This document shows positions 1 to 10,539 of a stretch of 40,462 nt of DNA, one piece after another. A program made the position numbers and the translations under genes. The DNA is from Nemertoderma westbladi. Lineage: Eukaryota; Animalia; Xenacoelomorpha. The notes under the pieces were generated by a model. That model was not told the DNA's origin. It ran no database searches and saw only the letters and a list, made by a program, of their open reading frames with translations. The stretch spans positions 1 through 40,462 of the forward strand of contig JAUCBJ010007606.1 of NCBI GenBank assembly GCA_032718475.1, read 5' to 3'. How positions within the stretch are numbered: the first letter of the stretch is position 1; every line of letters begins with the position of its first letter.

Positions 1-308
1 ACATATATGTTAGATGGTCCACTTGGCACCGGGCAACGTTATTGTGAGGGCAGTTGTTTGTCTTCAGAAATATTCCGACAGAGGGTCTATAAATCCTTTC
101 TGACGATTTCTTAATTCTGGTCTATTTGTAATAAATATTATCAAATACGTAACGACGTACAGTATATTATGTATATCCTAAAGTAATTATCCTACGAATA
201 TAAAATATATCATGCACTATTAATATACAGTTAATATAATTCATGCTACCACAACACCACAATAATTATTATGTGGTATGAAACACCAGTCAGGTTTAAT
301 GGTTCCAT

Positions 309-3300
309 CTAGCGCAGGAAGTAAGTCAAGCTGGTGGGCTTGACCTCCTGCCGACCATAATTTCCGGATTCTTCTCTGGCCATTTCAAGCAGGCATAATC
401 GACCTATTGGTCTGTTGAGGCGTTGTTGTACGTAATTGAGCTTGCCCTTTTCCTTTACTATTATGAGATCGACGGATCTGACGAGACCATCAGCGCTGGT
501 GTGTGTCTCAACTATGCGCGCTGTTTGCCAGTATTTGCGAGGTAAGTCCGGATCTACCACTAGGACCATATCACCTACCCTGGCATTGTCCTTCACCGCG
601 AACCATTTATTACGCAATTGGATGCTTGGAAGGTAGTATCTTTCAAAATGATTGGCGAATCTGCTTGACAGCAGTTGCACCATCTGCCATGTCTGTCGCA
701 GGTGCTCATCACCATCCTCCGGGAGTGAGAGTGGAAGCATGACAACCTTCTTCTTCATTAAGAAGTGTGCGGGGGTTAGAGCTTCTAAGGCCTTGGGGCT
801 GGATGAGATGGGCATAAGAGGTCTGTCATTTAGATAGGCTGAGACCTCTTCAAGTATGGTGCGTAATATCTCATCGGTGAGATAAGCTTTGCAGGGCAGG
901 ATGTGGTGGAACGCTACCTTCACACTACGGATCAGCCGTTCCCAACTTCCACCCCACCAAGGTGCATTCGCTGCATTGAATGTCCAGCTGGAGGCGGTGA
1001 CCTTTAATAGGTTATCTACTTGCTCCTGATTCCACTTGTCTATGCTTTTAGCTATCTCATTATTGGCTCCTATAAAGTTGGTGCCTTTGTCCGACTTCAT
1101 AGTATTACTAGTGCCAAATCTACCTATTTGTCTTCGCAGGCATAATATAAAGCAGTTCATGGAAATGTCATTTACCATATCTAAGTGCACAGCGCGGCAG
1201 GTCATGCATACAAAGATAACGCACCAACGTTTTACTATAGTTCTAGCGCGCTTGACTTCAATGGGTCCAAATAGATCCACACCTGTGTGGGTAAAGGGTG
1301 GTTCGTAGCAGCTCACACGTTCCTTAGGCAAAGAGGCTTCCATTTGAGTCATGGGTGCGCAATAAAGTTTCTTGCACGGAATGCAATGCCGTAGTACTTG
1401 GTTTAGAGCATTTCTGGGCTTAATGAGATAGTACCGTGTACGTATCTCACTCAGTATACGCTCCCTGCCCGCGTGGAACAAGTTACTGTGCACATCCTGG
1501 ATCATTTTGCGTTGTATGTTAGGATCCGAGATTAAGATTGGGAAAATTGTGTCGTGCGATAGTGGTGCATTTGTAAGTCTACCACCAACTCTGATTAACC
1601 CATCAATCATTGTGCTGGTATACTTATCATTGAACCGTAAGTTGGGGTTCTTAGACAGGTGTTCGTACTTGGTAGGGTCATCCTGGAGCTGAGCTAGCCT
1701 CAACAATTGTTTATTGGTATCATCGACCTCTTCAGCAGACAAGCTACTCAAGGGGGAGGATAACTTGGAGTATCTAAAGTGTACATATCTCTTTAAGATA
1801 CTGAGGGCGCGGCAAAGTTTGTGCCACGAGCTATAATGATCTAAGGCTTGAGTTATAAGTGGGGATAGGCCTGGAATTAAACTGGGAAGTTGTTCTGCAC
1901 TGATTAGCAGACTATCACCAGGACGCAGATCTTCCTGCACATGCATTGAAGTCATGTCCAAAGGTCTGAAAAGTTTCGATTTTGATGCTCGCACCTTGGG
2001 CTTAATAATCTCGGCGCCCTTCGCTTGCTGCCGTATTTCGGCAGGTGTTAGATTTGCTGGCCATTCATCTTCTGGTTTATGTAGAAAAGCTGGTCCTTCC
2101 AGCCAACATTTCGTATTGATAAGTTCCGTAGGTGTCGCGCCTCGCGATGCAATATCTGCAGGGTTAAGCACTCCCGGACAATGCCGCCATTGCTCAACCT
2201 CAGTGTTCTTTAGGATAATGGCAACACGGTTGGTCACAAAAACGCTGAACTGGCACACCGTGTTTGTTAGGTATTCTAGAACCAAAGCTGCATCAGTCCA
2301 GTACACTGTCTTAACTATATTGTAGTCCGTTTGTGCCAATATATTCTTAGCTATAATGGTACTATATAAAGCTGCTTTGAGTTCTGCGCGGGGAATGGTT
2401 AAGGAGTCCTTTGGCCTGGCAATAGGTCTAATTAGTGCTTTGGAAGCAGCCAATGCTACCTTTACTCCTTCAGGGGTTACTACCCTAAAGTAAGCCACCA
2501 CACCCATCCCCTTATCACTGGCGTCGCCGAATAGATGGAGTTGAAACTCGAAGGTAGGCAGGACATTCCCGAAATATGCTCGAGGCACTAAAAGGCCCTC
2601 CAAGTCAGGGAGTGACCGTTCCCATTTCCACCAGTCATCTAGCAGCTCTCCCTTCAGGGGGTCATCCCAACTGTCGTTTTCCTTCCACATTCTCTGAACA
2701 AGGTCTCTAGCTATGAGTATGATGGGGCTAATGAATCCTAGGGGGTCAAAATATGTACTAAGTATGCTTAAACATATACGTTTGGTTCTAACTAGATCAT
2801 CACGCAACTTAACCTTAAAAAACATATTGTCGGTCTCAGTGCTCCAACAAAGACCTAGGGTCTTTGTTTCCGGCAGGTCGTCCTTATTCAAGTCTAATTC
2901 AGTGTCACCCCGTTCGGAGGGTTCAATTGCCTTTAAGAATTCTCTTGAATTGCTCGCGAACTTGGTTAACCTGAAACCTCCTAGTTTAAGACAATCTATG
3001 GTAGAAAGTGCTACATTTATAGCTTCTTCTACTGATGGGGCTGACTTCAAATTGTCATCCATGTATATGTCCCGTTTGATATTATTAATAACTGACACTG
3101 GAAATTCATCTCTGTGGTCATCTGCAGTCCGGTGCAAGACTGAACAAGAGTTTGAAGGACTAGAGATAATTCCGAAGGCTTGTATGGTCATTCTATATTC
3201 TACGGGTGTCACTTTAAGATCACCCTCAGGCCACCACAAGAAACGCATGCTATCTCTATCTTCGCTCAAGGCCTTGACCTGCAAAAACATTCCTTCAATA

Positions 3301-5711
3301 TCAGAAGCAAAGGCTACCTCATACTGTCTCATACGCATTAAGATCCCCGGTAGAGACTGTAACAAGTTAGGCCCTGGCAATAGCTCAGAATTTAAAGACT
3401 GCCCTTTATAATGTGCCGATCCATCGAATACGACACGGATTTTTCCGGGTTTGTCTTCCCGCTCCACATAGTGATGGGTCAAGTAATAAGTTTTTTCACT
3501 CGGGGCCGAGTCAAGGGGAACTAATTCGGCATACCCTTTACCTATGAATTTAGCCATCTGTTCTTTGTACAATTTACAGGCTGGGGGGTTAGATGTTAAA
3601 CGTCGTTGGAGTTGCAAAATACGTTTTTCAGCTAGCGGTCTGTTGTTGAACAGCTTAGGCTGTGGTGCACGCCAAAGCAAACCTACCTCGTATTTACCTT
3701 CCAAGGGCAAAAAACGTGTGGTAGTTCTCTGTATCTGTTTTGCACGCTCTTCTTCTACTGATGGTGCTCTGTCATTGAAATTATGCTCTAAGGTTTCCTG
3801 TTGCATCCATGCTGCTGTGTATTCTTCTAGGTGAACACGGCGTCTAGCTTCCTCCAATTCCAGGAGCTCCTGCTGATGCTCAGCACGAGTATCAAGTAGG
3901 AGGTGGTATAGCTTATATTGGGTGTCCCAAAGATCGCTGTCACTGATTAAGTTAGTGGCTTCAGAAGTATCAAGTCGTGCAGAGAATGTATCATTATCTG
4001 ATGACATGTCAGACTCACTCTCGCTGTCTATATCTAACCTTCCATCAATGGTCATACAAGTTTGCTCTATTTCTATGTCACTGGCCACTGGGTGTGTCTG
4101 TTCACTGGTGATGTACTTTGTTCCAAGACGTTCTTTTAATGTCTTGTTAGATGGGCCAGTACAGAACCAACCCACGCGAGTCCTTCCTGCATAAGCAGAC
4201 AAAGGTTTTGGGTACTCGGGTCTCTTTTCTAGGACTTCTAATGCCTCAGGGACGTTTTGCCCTACCAGCAACTGTACACCTGGGTAATCGGGGGGGAATC
4301 TTGGGATATTATGTTCCCTAGTGAAGTTATCTTCATCCCAGTTATATTCCTTAGCCTGGCTTCGTGCGAAATTTTTAATGGCTACCATTTTTACATTTTT
4401 GACACTGTCTACACCCTGTGTATCCTGCGGGGCAGATAGAGAGCCCTTATAGTACACTGTTTCTACAGTAGACTGCCACTTCTGCATGATACCCGAGAGG
4501 TTCAATTTCATTTTGTGACTTTCGCTTTCATGGAATATGGTGTCTGCCAAATCCTTATCTATGAAGGTACCGGTGCTACCAGTATCCATTAAGGCATTGA
4601 CCACTACACTACAATTTCCTGCATGAAGACGCACCTGCAATAGTGGAAATTCACGGACACCCCTTATTTCCATGCGTCCTATTGGACTTGGAAGATGATT
4701 TGCTCTAAAACAACTTTCCATGATGGGGTCCTCAGGGTCTTCATATGTGAGTGCTTCATACACATCTATATTATTGCAGCACTCATCGTCATCAGAAAAT
4801 TCTCCAGGAAAAAACTTATCTGGCTCCTCATCTGTGTCCCTTATGTCCTGCTCTACAAAGTGTACACGTTGGTCGGTTTCCCCATTGGGGTCACGTTCTT
4901 GATGTAAAAGTGAGTGATGGGGACCTTGACAAATATTACAAGAGTTGGTATTTACTAGACTACATTTTCTTCTGAGATGCCCCGGTTTAAGGCAGAGAAA
5001 ACAGGAAAGCAAGTCCATGGCCGTTTGCCTGCGTTCCTTGAGGGTTTTCTTCAAGAACATTGGACAGCGCGATAAGGGGTGTATTTCGAGTTTACACAGA
5101 GGACACTTATATGCCATTGGGGTTATGGTGTTGTTAACCTTAGTCTTCCGGTCCTCCAGATCGTTATTTCTAGGCTTTAAATTTGGTTTAGAATAAGTCT
5201 CGCCCCTTTCTGTATGTTTTAGATTTTGAACTGGCTTCTCAATGCTATGTTGTTTTTTACCTTTGTTATAATTGGGTTTGCTCAGGTAAACGTTCCCATA
5301 ACCATCTTCTTCTGGCTCACTGTTAGAGAGAAGCTCTTCAAAATTGGTCCGGTAGGCATATCGTTTTTTAATAGTAGCCTTCTCCGTTTTGGACTCTGAA
5401 CGATTGGCTCCCTTTTCGCGGTCGAGGGTCTTGAGATAAGTTTTTACTTCATCATCTAGAAATCCCCTGAAAGTATTCATATCTGGGGATGACCCATTTC
5501 TTTTATTATACACCATAGTTAATCTATCCCATCTGGTCCCAATGGAACCCTTTGGTAAAGCACTGGAAACCATCTGTACTGTCATAGCAGTGTCATAAAC
5601 TTCACTTCGATTAAGCCAATCAAGCTGCCTACAGATTTCCTCGACATCGTCTCTAAATTCAATTATGGCATTTTGAGAGACTCTGCCTTTGGAGGTGAGT
5701 CTCTCATACAT
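309..5711 (-). CDS. BEL/Pao Gag C-terminus + Pol (protease, RT, RNase H, integrase); frame is open a little upstream of the ATG
   Basis: Knuckles CPLCKLEIHPLSRC, CFLCLKPGHLRRKC, CNICQGPHHSLLH; protease LMDTGST; RT KIRVVFDG...YMDD; RNase H FGDASDKG and TIPRAEL; integrase HSNLFH...CIPC, GVDLFGP, SDKGTNF, WERLIRSVK. Confidence 0.95.
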   Translation of the reverse strand: MYERLTSKGRVSQNAIIEFRDDVEEICRQLDWLNRSEVYDTAMTVQMVSSALPKGSIGTRWDRLTMVYNKRNGSSPDMNTFRGFLDDEVKTYLKTLDREKGANRSESKTEKATIKKRYAYRTNFEELLSNSEPEEDGYGNVYLSKPNYNKGKKQHSIEKPVQNLKHTERGETYSKPNLKPRNNDLEDRKTKVNNTITPMAYKCPLCKLEIHPLSRCPMFLKKTLKERRQTAMDLLSCFLCLKPGHLRRKCSLVNTNSCNICQGPHHSLLHQERDPNGETDQRVHFVEQDIRDTDEEPDKFFPGEFSDDDECCNNIDVYEALTYEDPEDPIMESCFRANHLPSPIGRMEIRGVREFPLLQVRLHAGNCSVVVNALMDTGSTGTFIDKDLADTIFHESESHKMKLNLSGIMQKWQSTVETVYYKGSLSAPQDTQGVDSVKNVKMVAIKNFARSQAKEYNWDEDNFTREHNIPRFPPDYPGVQLLVGQNVPEALEVLEKRPEYPKPLSAYAGRTRVGWFCTGPSNKTLKERLGTKYITSEQTHPVASDIEIEQTCMTIDGRLDIDSESESDMSSDNDTFSARLDTSEATNLISDSDLWDTQYKLYHLLLDTRAEHQQELLELEEARRRVHLEEYTAAWMQQETLEHNFNDRAPSVEEERAKQIQRTTTRFLPLEGKYEVGLLWRAPQPKLFNNRPLAEKRILQLQRRLTSNPPACKLYKEQMAKFIGKGYAELVPLDSAPSEKTYYLTHHYVEREDKPGKIRVVFDGSAHYKGQSLNSELLPGPNLLQSLPGILMRMRQYEVAFASDIEGMFLQVKALSEDRDSMRFLWWPEGDLKVTPVEYRMTIQAFGIISSPSNSCSVLHRTADDHRDEFPVSVINNIKRDIYMDDNLKSAPSVEEAINVALSTIDCLKLGGFRLTKFASNSREFLKAIEPSERGDTELDLNKDDLPETKTLGLCWSTETDNMFFKVKLRDDLVRTKRICLSILSTYFDPLGFISPIILIARDLVQRMWKENDSWDDPLKGELLDDWWKWERSLPDLEGLLVPRAYFGNVLPTFEFQLHLFGDASDKGMGVVAYFRVVTPEGVKVALAASKALIRPIARPKDSLTIPRAELKAALYSTIIAKNILAQTDYNIVKTVYWTDAALVLEYLTNTVCQFSVFVTNRVAIILKNTEVEQWRHCPGVLNPADIASRGATPTELINTKCWLEGPAFLHKPEDEWPANLTPAEIRQQAKGAEIIKPKVRASKSKLFRPLDMTSMHVQEDLRPGDSLLISAEQLPSLIPGLSPLITQALDHYSSWHKLCRALSILKRYVHFRYSKLSSPLSSLSAEEVDDTNKQLLRLAQLQDDPTKYEHLSKNPNLRFNDKYTSTMIDGLIRVGGRLTNAPLSHDTIFPILISDPNIQRKMIQDVHSNLFHAGRERILSEIRTRYYLIKPRNALNQVLRHCIPCKKLYCAPMTQMEASLPKERVSCYEPPFTHTGVDLFGPIEVKRARTIVKRWCVIFVCMTCRAVHLDMVNDISMNCFILCLRRQIGRFGTSNTMKSDKGTNFIGANNEIAKSIDKWNQEQVDNLLKVTASSWTFNAANAPWWGGSWERLIRSVKVAFHHILPCKAYLTDEILRTILEEVSAYLNDRPLMPISSSPKALEALTPAHFLMKKKVVMLPLSLPEDGDEHLRQTWQMVQLLSSRFANHFERYYLPSIQLRNKWFAVKDNARVGDMVLVVDPDLPRKYWQTARIVETHTSADGLVRSVDLIIVKEKGKLNYVQQRLNRPIGRLCLLEMAREESGNYGRQEVKPTSLTYFLR

Positions 5712-5719
5712 GCATCGTG

Positions 5720-8700
5720 CTAAGCTGTCCTCATTGCCGTAACGATATTTACACCATCCGCATGTCCAACATATCTAGCCGCCATATGCTTAGGGGAACC
5801 TTCGAGGCAATTGATTAAGAATCTTAATTTCTCGCTATTACTTAATGGCGAGTCTAGAATATTGTTCTTACAAAATTCGGTAAAGGATAGCCATTTTAAT
5901 TCATCTCCATCAAATTTCATTATTTGACCTGTTGAAACACACTGTCGGGCTTCAGTACGAGCCATATGTTTTGATAGGTCTGCCTGGATGACTGATGAAT
6001 TAAATAGGATGTCTGTCAATGGTGAATTGTTGTTGTCCTGATATGTGGTATTTTCTGCCTGAATACCATTCACATCCGACGCTCGTTTTAGGATCCGCAT
6101 CCCTCGAGCATTGTTTGGTGAATCTGTTTGCTTATTAGCTGTTGCCACAGTATCCTGTAAAATAACCAGTTGTTGCTGTAGGTCTTCATTTTCCTTCAAT
6201 ATGGAGTTCAATTGTTCCTTACACTCCTTCAATTGGCCTTCAGCTGGCTCCTGGCCAGGATGCAGCTTGTAATTTCTTCTGTCTGGAAATGGTGCATTGG
6301 TAAAATTGTCAGGTGTGCTATCATCTGGAAATGATGCGGCATTAACTCTGGTATAGCGTGAGTCACCCTGTGGCGAGACACATCGTCCGTGAGTATCTTG
6401 TGCGAATCTAACTTCCGGGTGAGGGAGGGGTGTCACATTATTATATAGTGGGACAAACGTCCGCCTTCCAGGCGATAACGGCGTTGCCTCATTCCAGTCC
6501 CGATATCCTGTTACCGGCGCTATTGCGGTTTTTATAGCGGGGCCAGTGGGAGACAGCCTATCATCTGGATTGGTGTAATATGGGCGGTTATGATATGGTT
6601 TGTAATATGAGTCAACTTCAGTTGTCACTGGGAAACCTATGTGGTGTTCAATAACTGGCATGTCCCTTAAGGGTATATTTTCTGTATGGACTTGATCCAC
6701 CCTTGAAGTAATGGGGGGAATATATTTCGAGGTGGTTGGGGGGTGAGGTTCCCTTTCCAAACGAGTTATTGGTGAGACTCCACTACCAAAAGAAATTCTT
6801 CCTTCTCTAGATTGTGCTACTGTACTAGATAAGTAACCATGGTCCCGTGGCCGGGAGTATGTCATTGATGGGATGGCTTGGGTAACTTGAACAGGACATT
6901 GCATGTTTGTGGTTTTAACATTTGGGTTTATAGTGTGAGATAAGTTACTGCTGGTAATTGGAGAGGTTACTGCCGTGGTCTTCGGCAGGCCATCAGATTT
7001 ATGCGTTTCTACTACTGAGTCAATGAACTCGGGTGAAGCACCACTATCGCTTGGTTTAACAGTGAAGACGCTGTGTGTAGAAGAGGGTGGTGGGTGCTCC
7101 CCATTCGACATTTTATCTACTGTCACATTCTCGTGTATTGTTAGAGCCTTAGGCTCATTCGGCTCTACTACCTCTGGCAATTTTTCCAGGGAATGCTTAG
7201 GAGCAGCGCCAGTGTGGAAACTATCAACCATGCTGGCATAATCACCAGAGATCACATTTCGATCTCGAGGAGGGAGGTCTGGTAAAACTACTCGGGTGGC
7301 TCGCCTGCGTTTACTCTTGGAGCTCCTCACACTTCCACCTGCATCCGTGGAAATGCTCTCATCGGATGAAGTAAAAGTATCCTTAAAGGACTTATCACAT
7401 CCTTGTTGTACGCTAGCCCTTTCCTTGCGGTGTTGTTCGTCTTGCTTTAGTAGGGCTAGCTTCTGCTTTATAGCTAGTTCCTTCTCCACGAAAGCTGTAA
7501 GTTGAGCTTCCTGTTTGGCGAGTTGTGCTTTCTCTTTAGCAGACTGTAGTTTTCTCATAGTATCATCTAATTCTGCCCTTTTTTTATTTGCTGCTAATTG
7601 TAGTTCTAATTCTAGAATTTCCCGCTTGGCGGCGTGTTGAACTTTTCGTTCTTGTAGGAAGCACTCTGCGTCTATAGTATCAAGGACATCTCTGGTTTCC
7701 TTACTGGAAGGTGCTAAGCCTTTAAGACGCGTCCTCAACTCTGTTTCTCCAACTGTCTTGATATAAGAACCCAAATACCTTGATATGGCATCCATACCAT
7801 CGCTGAGTTGAGATTCTTCCGAGTCTAAATCGGAATTATTAGCAGCCTCCTTCCCAGAGCAAGCTATGTCTTCACCAGGAGGTAATACCGGCCCATGTAA
7901 TGACTCAAGAGCTAAGGCTTTCCTTGCTATTACTGCCGTTTCTGTCAGTTGGCGAGTCAGCATGGATGAGAGTTTACTGTCATTATATCTAGATGCCATC
8001 TCATGAAAGGCAGATAGTATAAGCCGTATCCTACAAATGATTTCCTTTACCTCAAGATACTTAGCTGGGTTTGTCTTAGGGTCGGGTTGCTCAAGTTTTA
8101 ATTTATGGGTCACCATTTCTATATGATGCTCAAATTTGCTTACATGTATGCTTGCCTCGGTAACCAATTGCTCAATATTGGTAACGCCCCGAGGTACCTT
8201 TAACCTATATAGTTCATCCCAAGGTAGCTCATTAAATCTGAAGAACTTATCTAGGGCTGGCTGGTTATAGTATAAGTTGACCAGGTAATGTAGTTCGTCG
8301 GTGTATATGTCCTGTTCAATGGCTAATATACCCTCTTCAACCTTGTGCCGGTAGCTGTCTATCTCCTCTAACAGGAAAGCTAGTCTGACTTGAGGAGTAG
8401 ACAAGAGAGGCTCGTTAAAACTGAGCTGCTGACTTGCACTAGCTAGTAAAGTCGGAACTTCCTCGCTACTTGTTTGGGAGTGAGTAAACATGATTGGGGA
8501 AGTATCTGCCAATAACGGCTGACCCTGACCTTGACCAATGCCGTCTTCAAGGTTAATAAGGTTCAGATGGGTGCTGGGTTCACTTACCATTGTACCAGTT
8601 GTCGGGCATGTAAGTGGCCGGGCGATTGGTGACCTATCTCCATCCATTGGTTTGTCAGAAAGGTTCTGGCCAAGTCTAGCTTCTTCCGCCTCCCTGGAGA

Positions 8701-8851
8701 CCTGCCTGGTTCGTATTCTTGAACGCTCCCAAATTTTCTTACTGCGAACTGGTTGAGCTATCATAGGCATAGTGTGAGGTGGTATGAGCCCCGCAGGGTT
8801 CAGTGTGAGGGGTTCTGACTTTCGACTCAAATCGCTATCAGTGGTTGACAT
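5720..8851 (-). CDS. N-terminal part of BEL/Pao Gag with long extension (helical region, coiled coils, P/S/T-rich region, start of DUF1759-like domain)
   Basis: C-terminal KFDGDELKWLSF...SEKLRFLINCLEGSP matches the BEL Gag pattern; homology continues in the other frame as KYRYGNEDSLARCMYERL. Confidence 0.85.
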   Translation of the reverse strand: MSTTDSDLSRKSEPLTLNPAGLIPPHTMPMIAQPVRSKKIWERSRIRTRQVSREAEEARLGQNLSDKPMDGDRSPIARPLTCPTTGTMVSEPSTHLNLINLEDGIGQGQGQPLLADTSPIMFTHSQTSSEEVPTLLASASQQLSFNEPLLSTPQVRLAFLLEEIDSYRHKVEEGILAIEQDIYTDELHYLVNLYYNQPALDKFFRFNELPWDELYRLKVPRGVTNIEQLVTEASIHVSKFEHHIEMVTHKLKLEQPDPKTNPAKYLEVKEIICRIRLILSAFHEMASRYNDSKLSSMLTRQLTETAVIARKALALESLHGPVLPPGEDIACSGKEAANNSDLDSEESQLSDGMDAISRYLGSYIKTVGETELRTRLKGLAPSSKETRDVLDTIDAECFLQERKVQHAAKREILELELQLAANKKRAELDDTMRKLQSAKEKAQLAKQEAQLTAFVEKELAIKQKLALLKQDEQHRKERASVQQGCDKSFKDTFTSSDESISTDAGGSVRSSKSKRRRATRVVLPDLPPRDRNVISGDYASMVDSFHTGAAPKHSLEKLPEVVEPNEPKALTIHENVTVDKMSNGEHPPPSSTHSVFTVKPSDSGASPEFIDSVVETHKSDGLPKTTAVTSPITSSNLSHTINPNVKTTNMQCPVQVTQAIPSMTYSRPRDHGYLSSTVAQSREGRISFGSGVSPITRLEREPHPPTTSKYIPPITSRVDQVHTENIPLRDMPVIEHHIGFPVTTEVDSYYKPYHNRPYYTNPDDRLSPTGPAIKTAIAPVTGYRDWNEATPLSPGRRTFVPLYNNVTPLPHPEVRFAQDTHGRCVSPQGDSRYTRVNAASFPDDSTPDNFTNAPFPDRRNYKLHPGQEPAEGQLKECKEQLNSILKENEDLQQQLVILQDTVATANKQTDSPNNARGMRILKRASDVNGIQAENTTYQDNNNSPLTDILFNSSVIQADLSKHMARTEARQCVSTGQIMKFDGDELKWLSFTEFCKNNILDSPLSNSEKLRFLINCLEGSPKHMAARYVGHADGVNIVTAMRTA

Positions 8852-8942
8852 GTTTTAATTGTATAATTTTGAAATTCGAAGTTTTATTGCAAAGCTAAGT
8901 GTTATTTTATTCCACACAGGTTAGAAATTGCCAAAAACTTCT

Positions 8943-10539
8943 TGTAACTTCAAATATTATGAACACCACCTCAGATCCCTCCTAAAGGATTCCAACGCCT
9001 TGGAGGGGGGAACTGGTTAGCAAAGAAAACAAATCAGTCATATCCCAGAAAAACCTTTACAGTAGGTTTCAGAGTATTTTAGCGTATGGGGGAAAAACTG
9101 GGTTGCGGGGCGAAGGGCCAGTTACATCCCACAGAAGCTTTTATAGCCTCGATTTACAAGTCGCTCAGATAGACGAGGCCTTACTCCGTGCAAGTTTGTA
9201 GGTTTTACACACGAAGAGTAACAGGGTACTTCAACCTTATCAATAAGGCGTCAACAAAGTAGTACTTGGCCCGTAATATAAAGTAAAACGATCAATCAGA
9301 AAACTACGTAGTTTCAGTCCTACACGTATTAATTCCAGTTTATTCACGAACAAAATCACTAACGTAGGTAAGAACGTCCGAGCGTGCACTCTCATAGAAC
9401 CTACCTTAAGCTAGTTGGTTGTTTGATGTTGCAAAGTACCGTACTTTATTTCATCAAAGTAACAAGAGAACGACTATTACTGTCGAGGCATTTAAGACAA
9501 GATTAATTTTACAGTTCTCAATGGTAATATAAAGTTCGATCGCGTAACCCAATTTCGAAGTTCAAACACCGCACTAGACCTAGTCAGTCGTAAAGTACTA
9601 ATTGCCTCGGTGTACCCACGAATCCGTGGGAGCACTTATACAACGGATCGTTACTTTGATACAATAGGTGGGACGTAAAGTACAGTAGATATTGATGGCT
9701 GTAAACTGAAATTAGGGGGGGATATGTTGTAATATACGTGTAGACAGTTCCGTTTCACTACGTTGTATGCAAGTATTCGTAATTATGACTTATTATGAAT
9801 TAATAATGAAACATTTGTGAAAGGTCTAGGTATAGGGTAAGTATACTTATTACTCGTACTATTGAATCGATATTGCTATACATTGATCTTAAATACATTT
9901 GTTATGAATGCTTGTGTTCGTGTTGGTAAATAATATTACAGTGTTGGATGTCATACACACTCAATACGTTTGAACCGTTGTCGCCTGTAGGGCAATACTC
10001 GAAGTTAGCAACTCACCTATTATGGTGGTAAATAAAACGAGATGTTTCCTTTAAACAATGTTAATACATAATGAGCAACAACGATAATAACAACAATAAT
10101 AACAATAAATCAATGTTAACTATGTAAGTATGTAAGATAAGCATGTAAAAGGGTAAGTAAGTGAAAGTAAGTGAAAGTAAGTGAAAAGTAAGGTAATAGT
10201 CTAGACCTCTTAGATCTTATGAGGTCTATTTACGGGGTTTGAGGGTAATAATATGAAGGTTACGCCTACAAAATGAACTAAATCTAAACTATAAATACAA
10301 TTGTCACAGAAGGACGGCCACTGGTAGTAGTAGCCAATGAGGACCCACAAACACGAAAGCAACACTACTCGCTATCTGTACGCTGAGTGCAGACTTTCTG
10401 AGCCGACCAATAGGAGAAATAGGCAGACTAAATACAAATATCAGATTTACCAGCACGAATAAGTAGTGGGGCTAGCCGTGTATCTGAATAGCTATATTGC
10501 TGTACACAACACATATTATACAGTAACACTAGCGTTACA
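8943..10539 (-). repeat. Candidate 5' LTR of the BEL element (~1.6 kb)
   Basis: TGTAAC at 8943-8948 and GTTACA at 10534-10539 give TG...CA 6-bp inverted termini; ends ~90 bp before the gag ATG; minus-strand AATAAA at 9339-9344 and 9445-9450. The second LTR is not in the window, so this is unconfirmed. Confidence 0.5.
10157..10192. repeat. Short tandem repeat (GTAAGTGAAA)x3 inside candidate LTR
   Basis: Directly visible; followed by hairpin TAGACCTC...GAGGTCTA at ~10202-10228. Confidence 0.8.

Larger units (their letters stand above)
1..10539 (-). mobile_element. BEL/Pao LTR retrotransposon (3' LTR outside window)
   Basis: Domain order Gag (DUF1759-like, three Cys/His knuckles)-protease-RT-RNase H-integrase across ORFs 5720..8851 and 309..5711; candidate 5' LTR upstream. 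The upper boundary is inferred. Confidence 0.9.

Noticed and set aside
5711-5722. Stop-codon readthrough between the BEL ORFs
   Set aside because: 8 nt separate TAG and ATG, so the ORFs are in different frames.
436-8756. Plus-strand ORFs such as 2713..3411 (232 aa)
   Set aside because: Antisense shadows of the BEL coding frame with no recognisable motifs.
9714-10511. PPT-like AGGGGGGGATA followed by TGTTGT...ACAACA, a possible plus-strand LTR
   Set aside because: No TSD and no plus-strand pol remnant upstream; a 6-bp inverted match can occur by chance. Not fully excluded.
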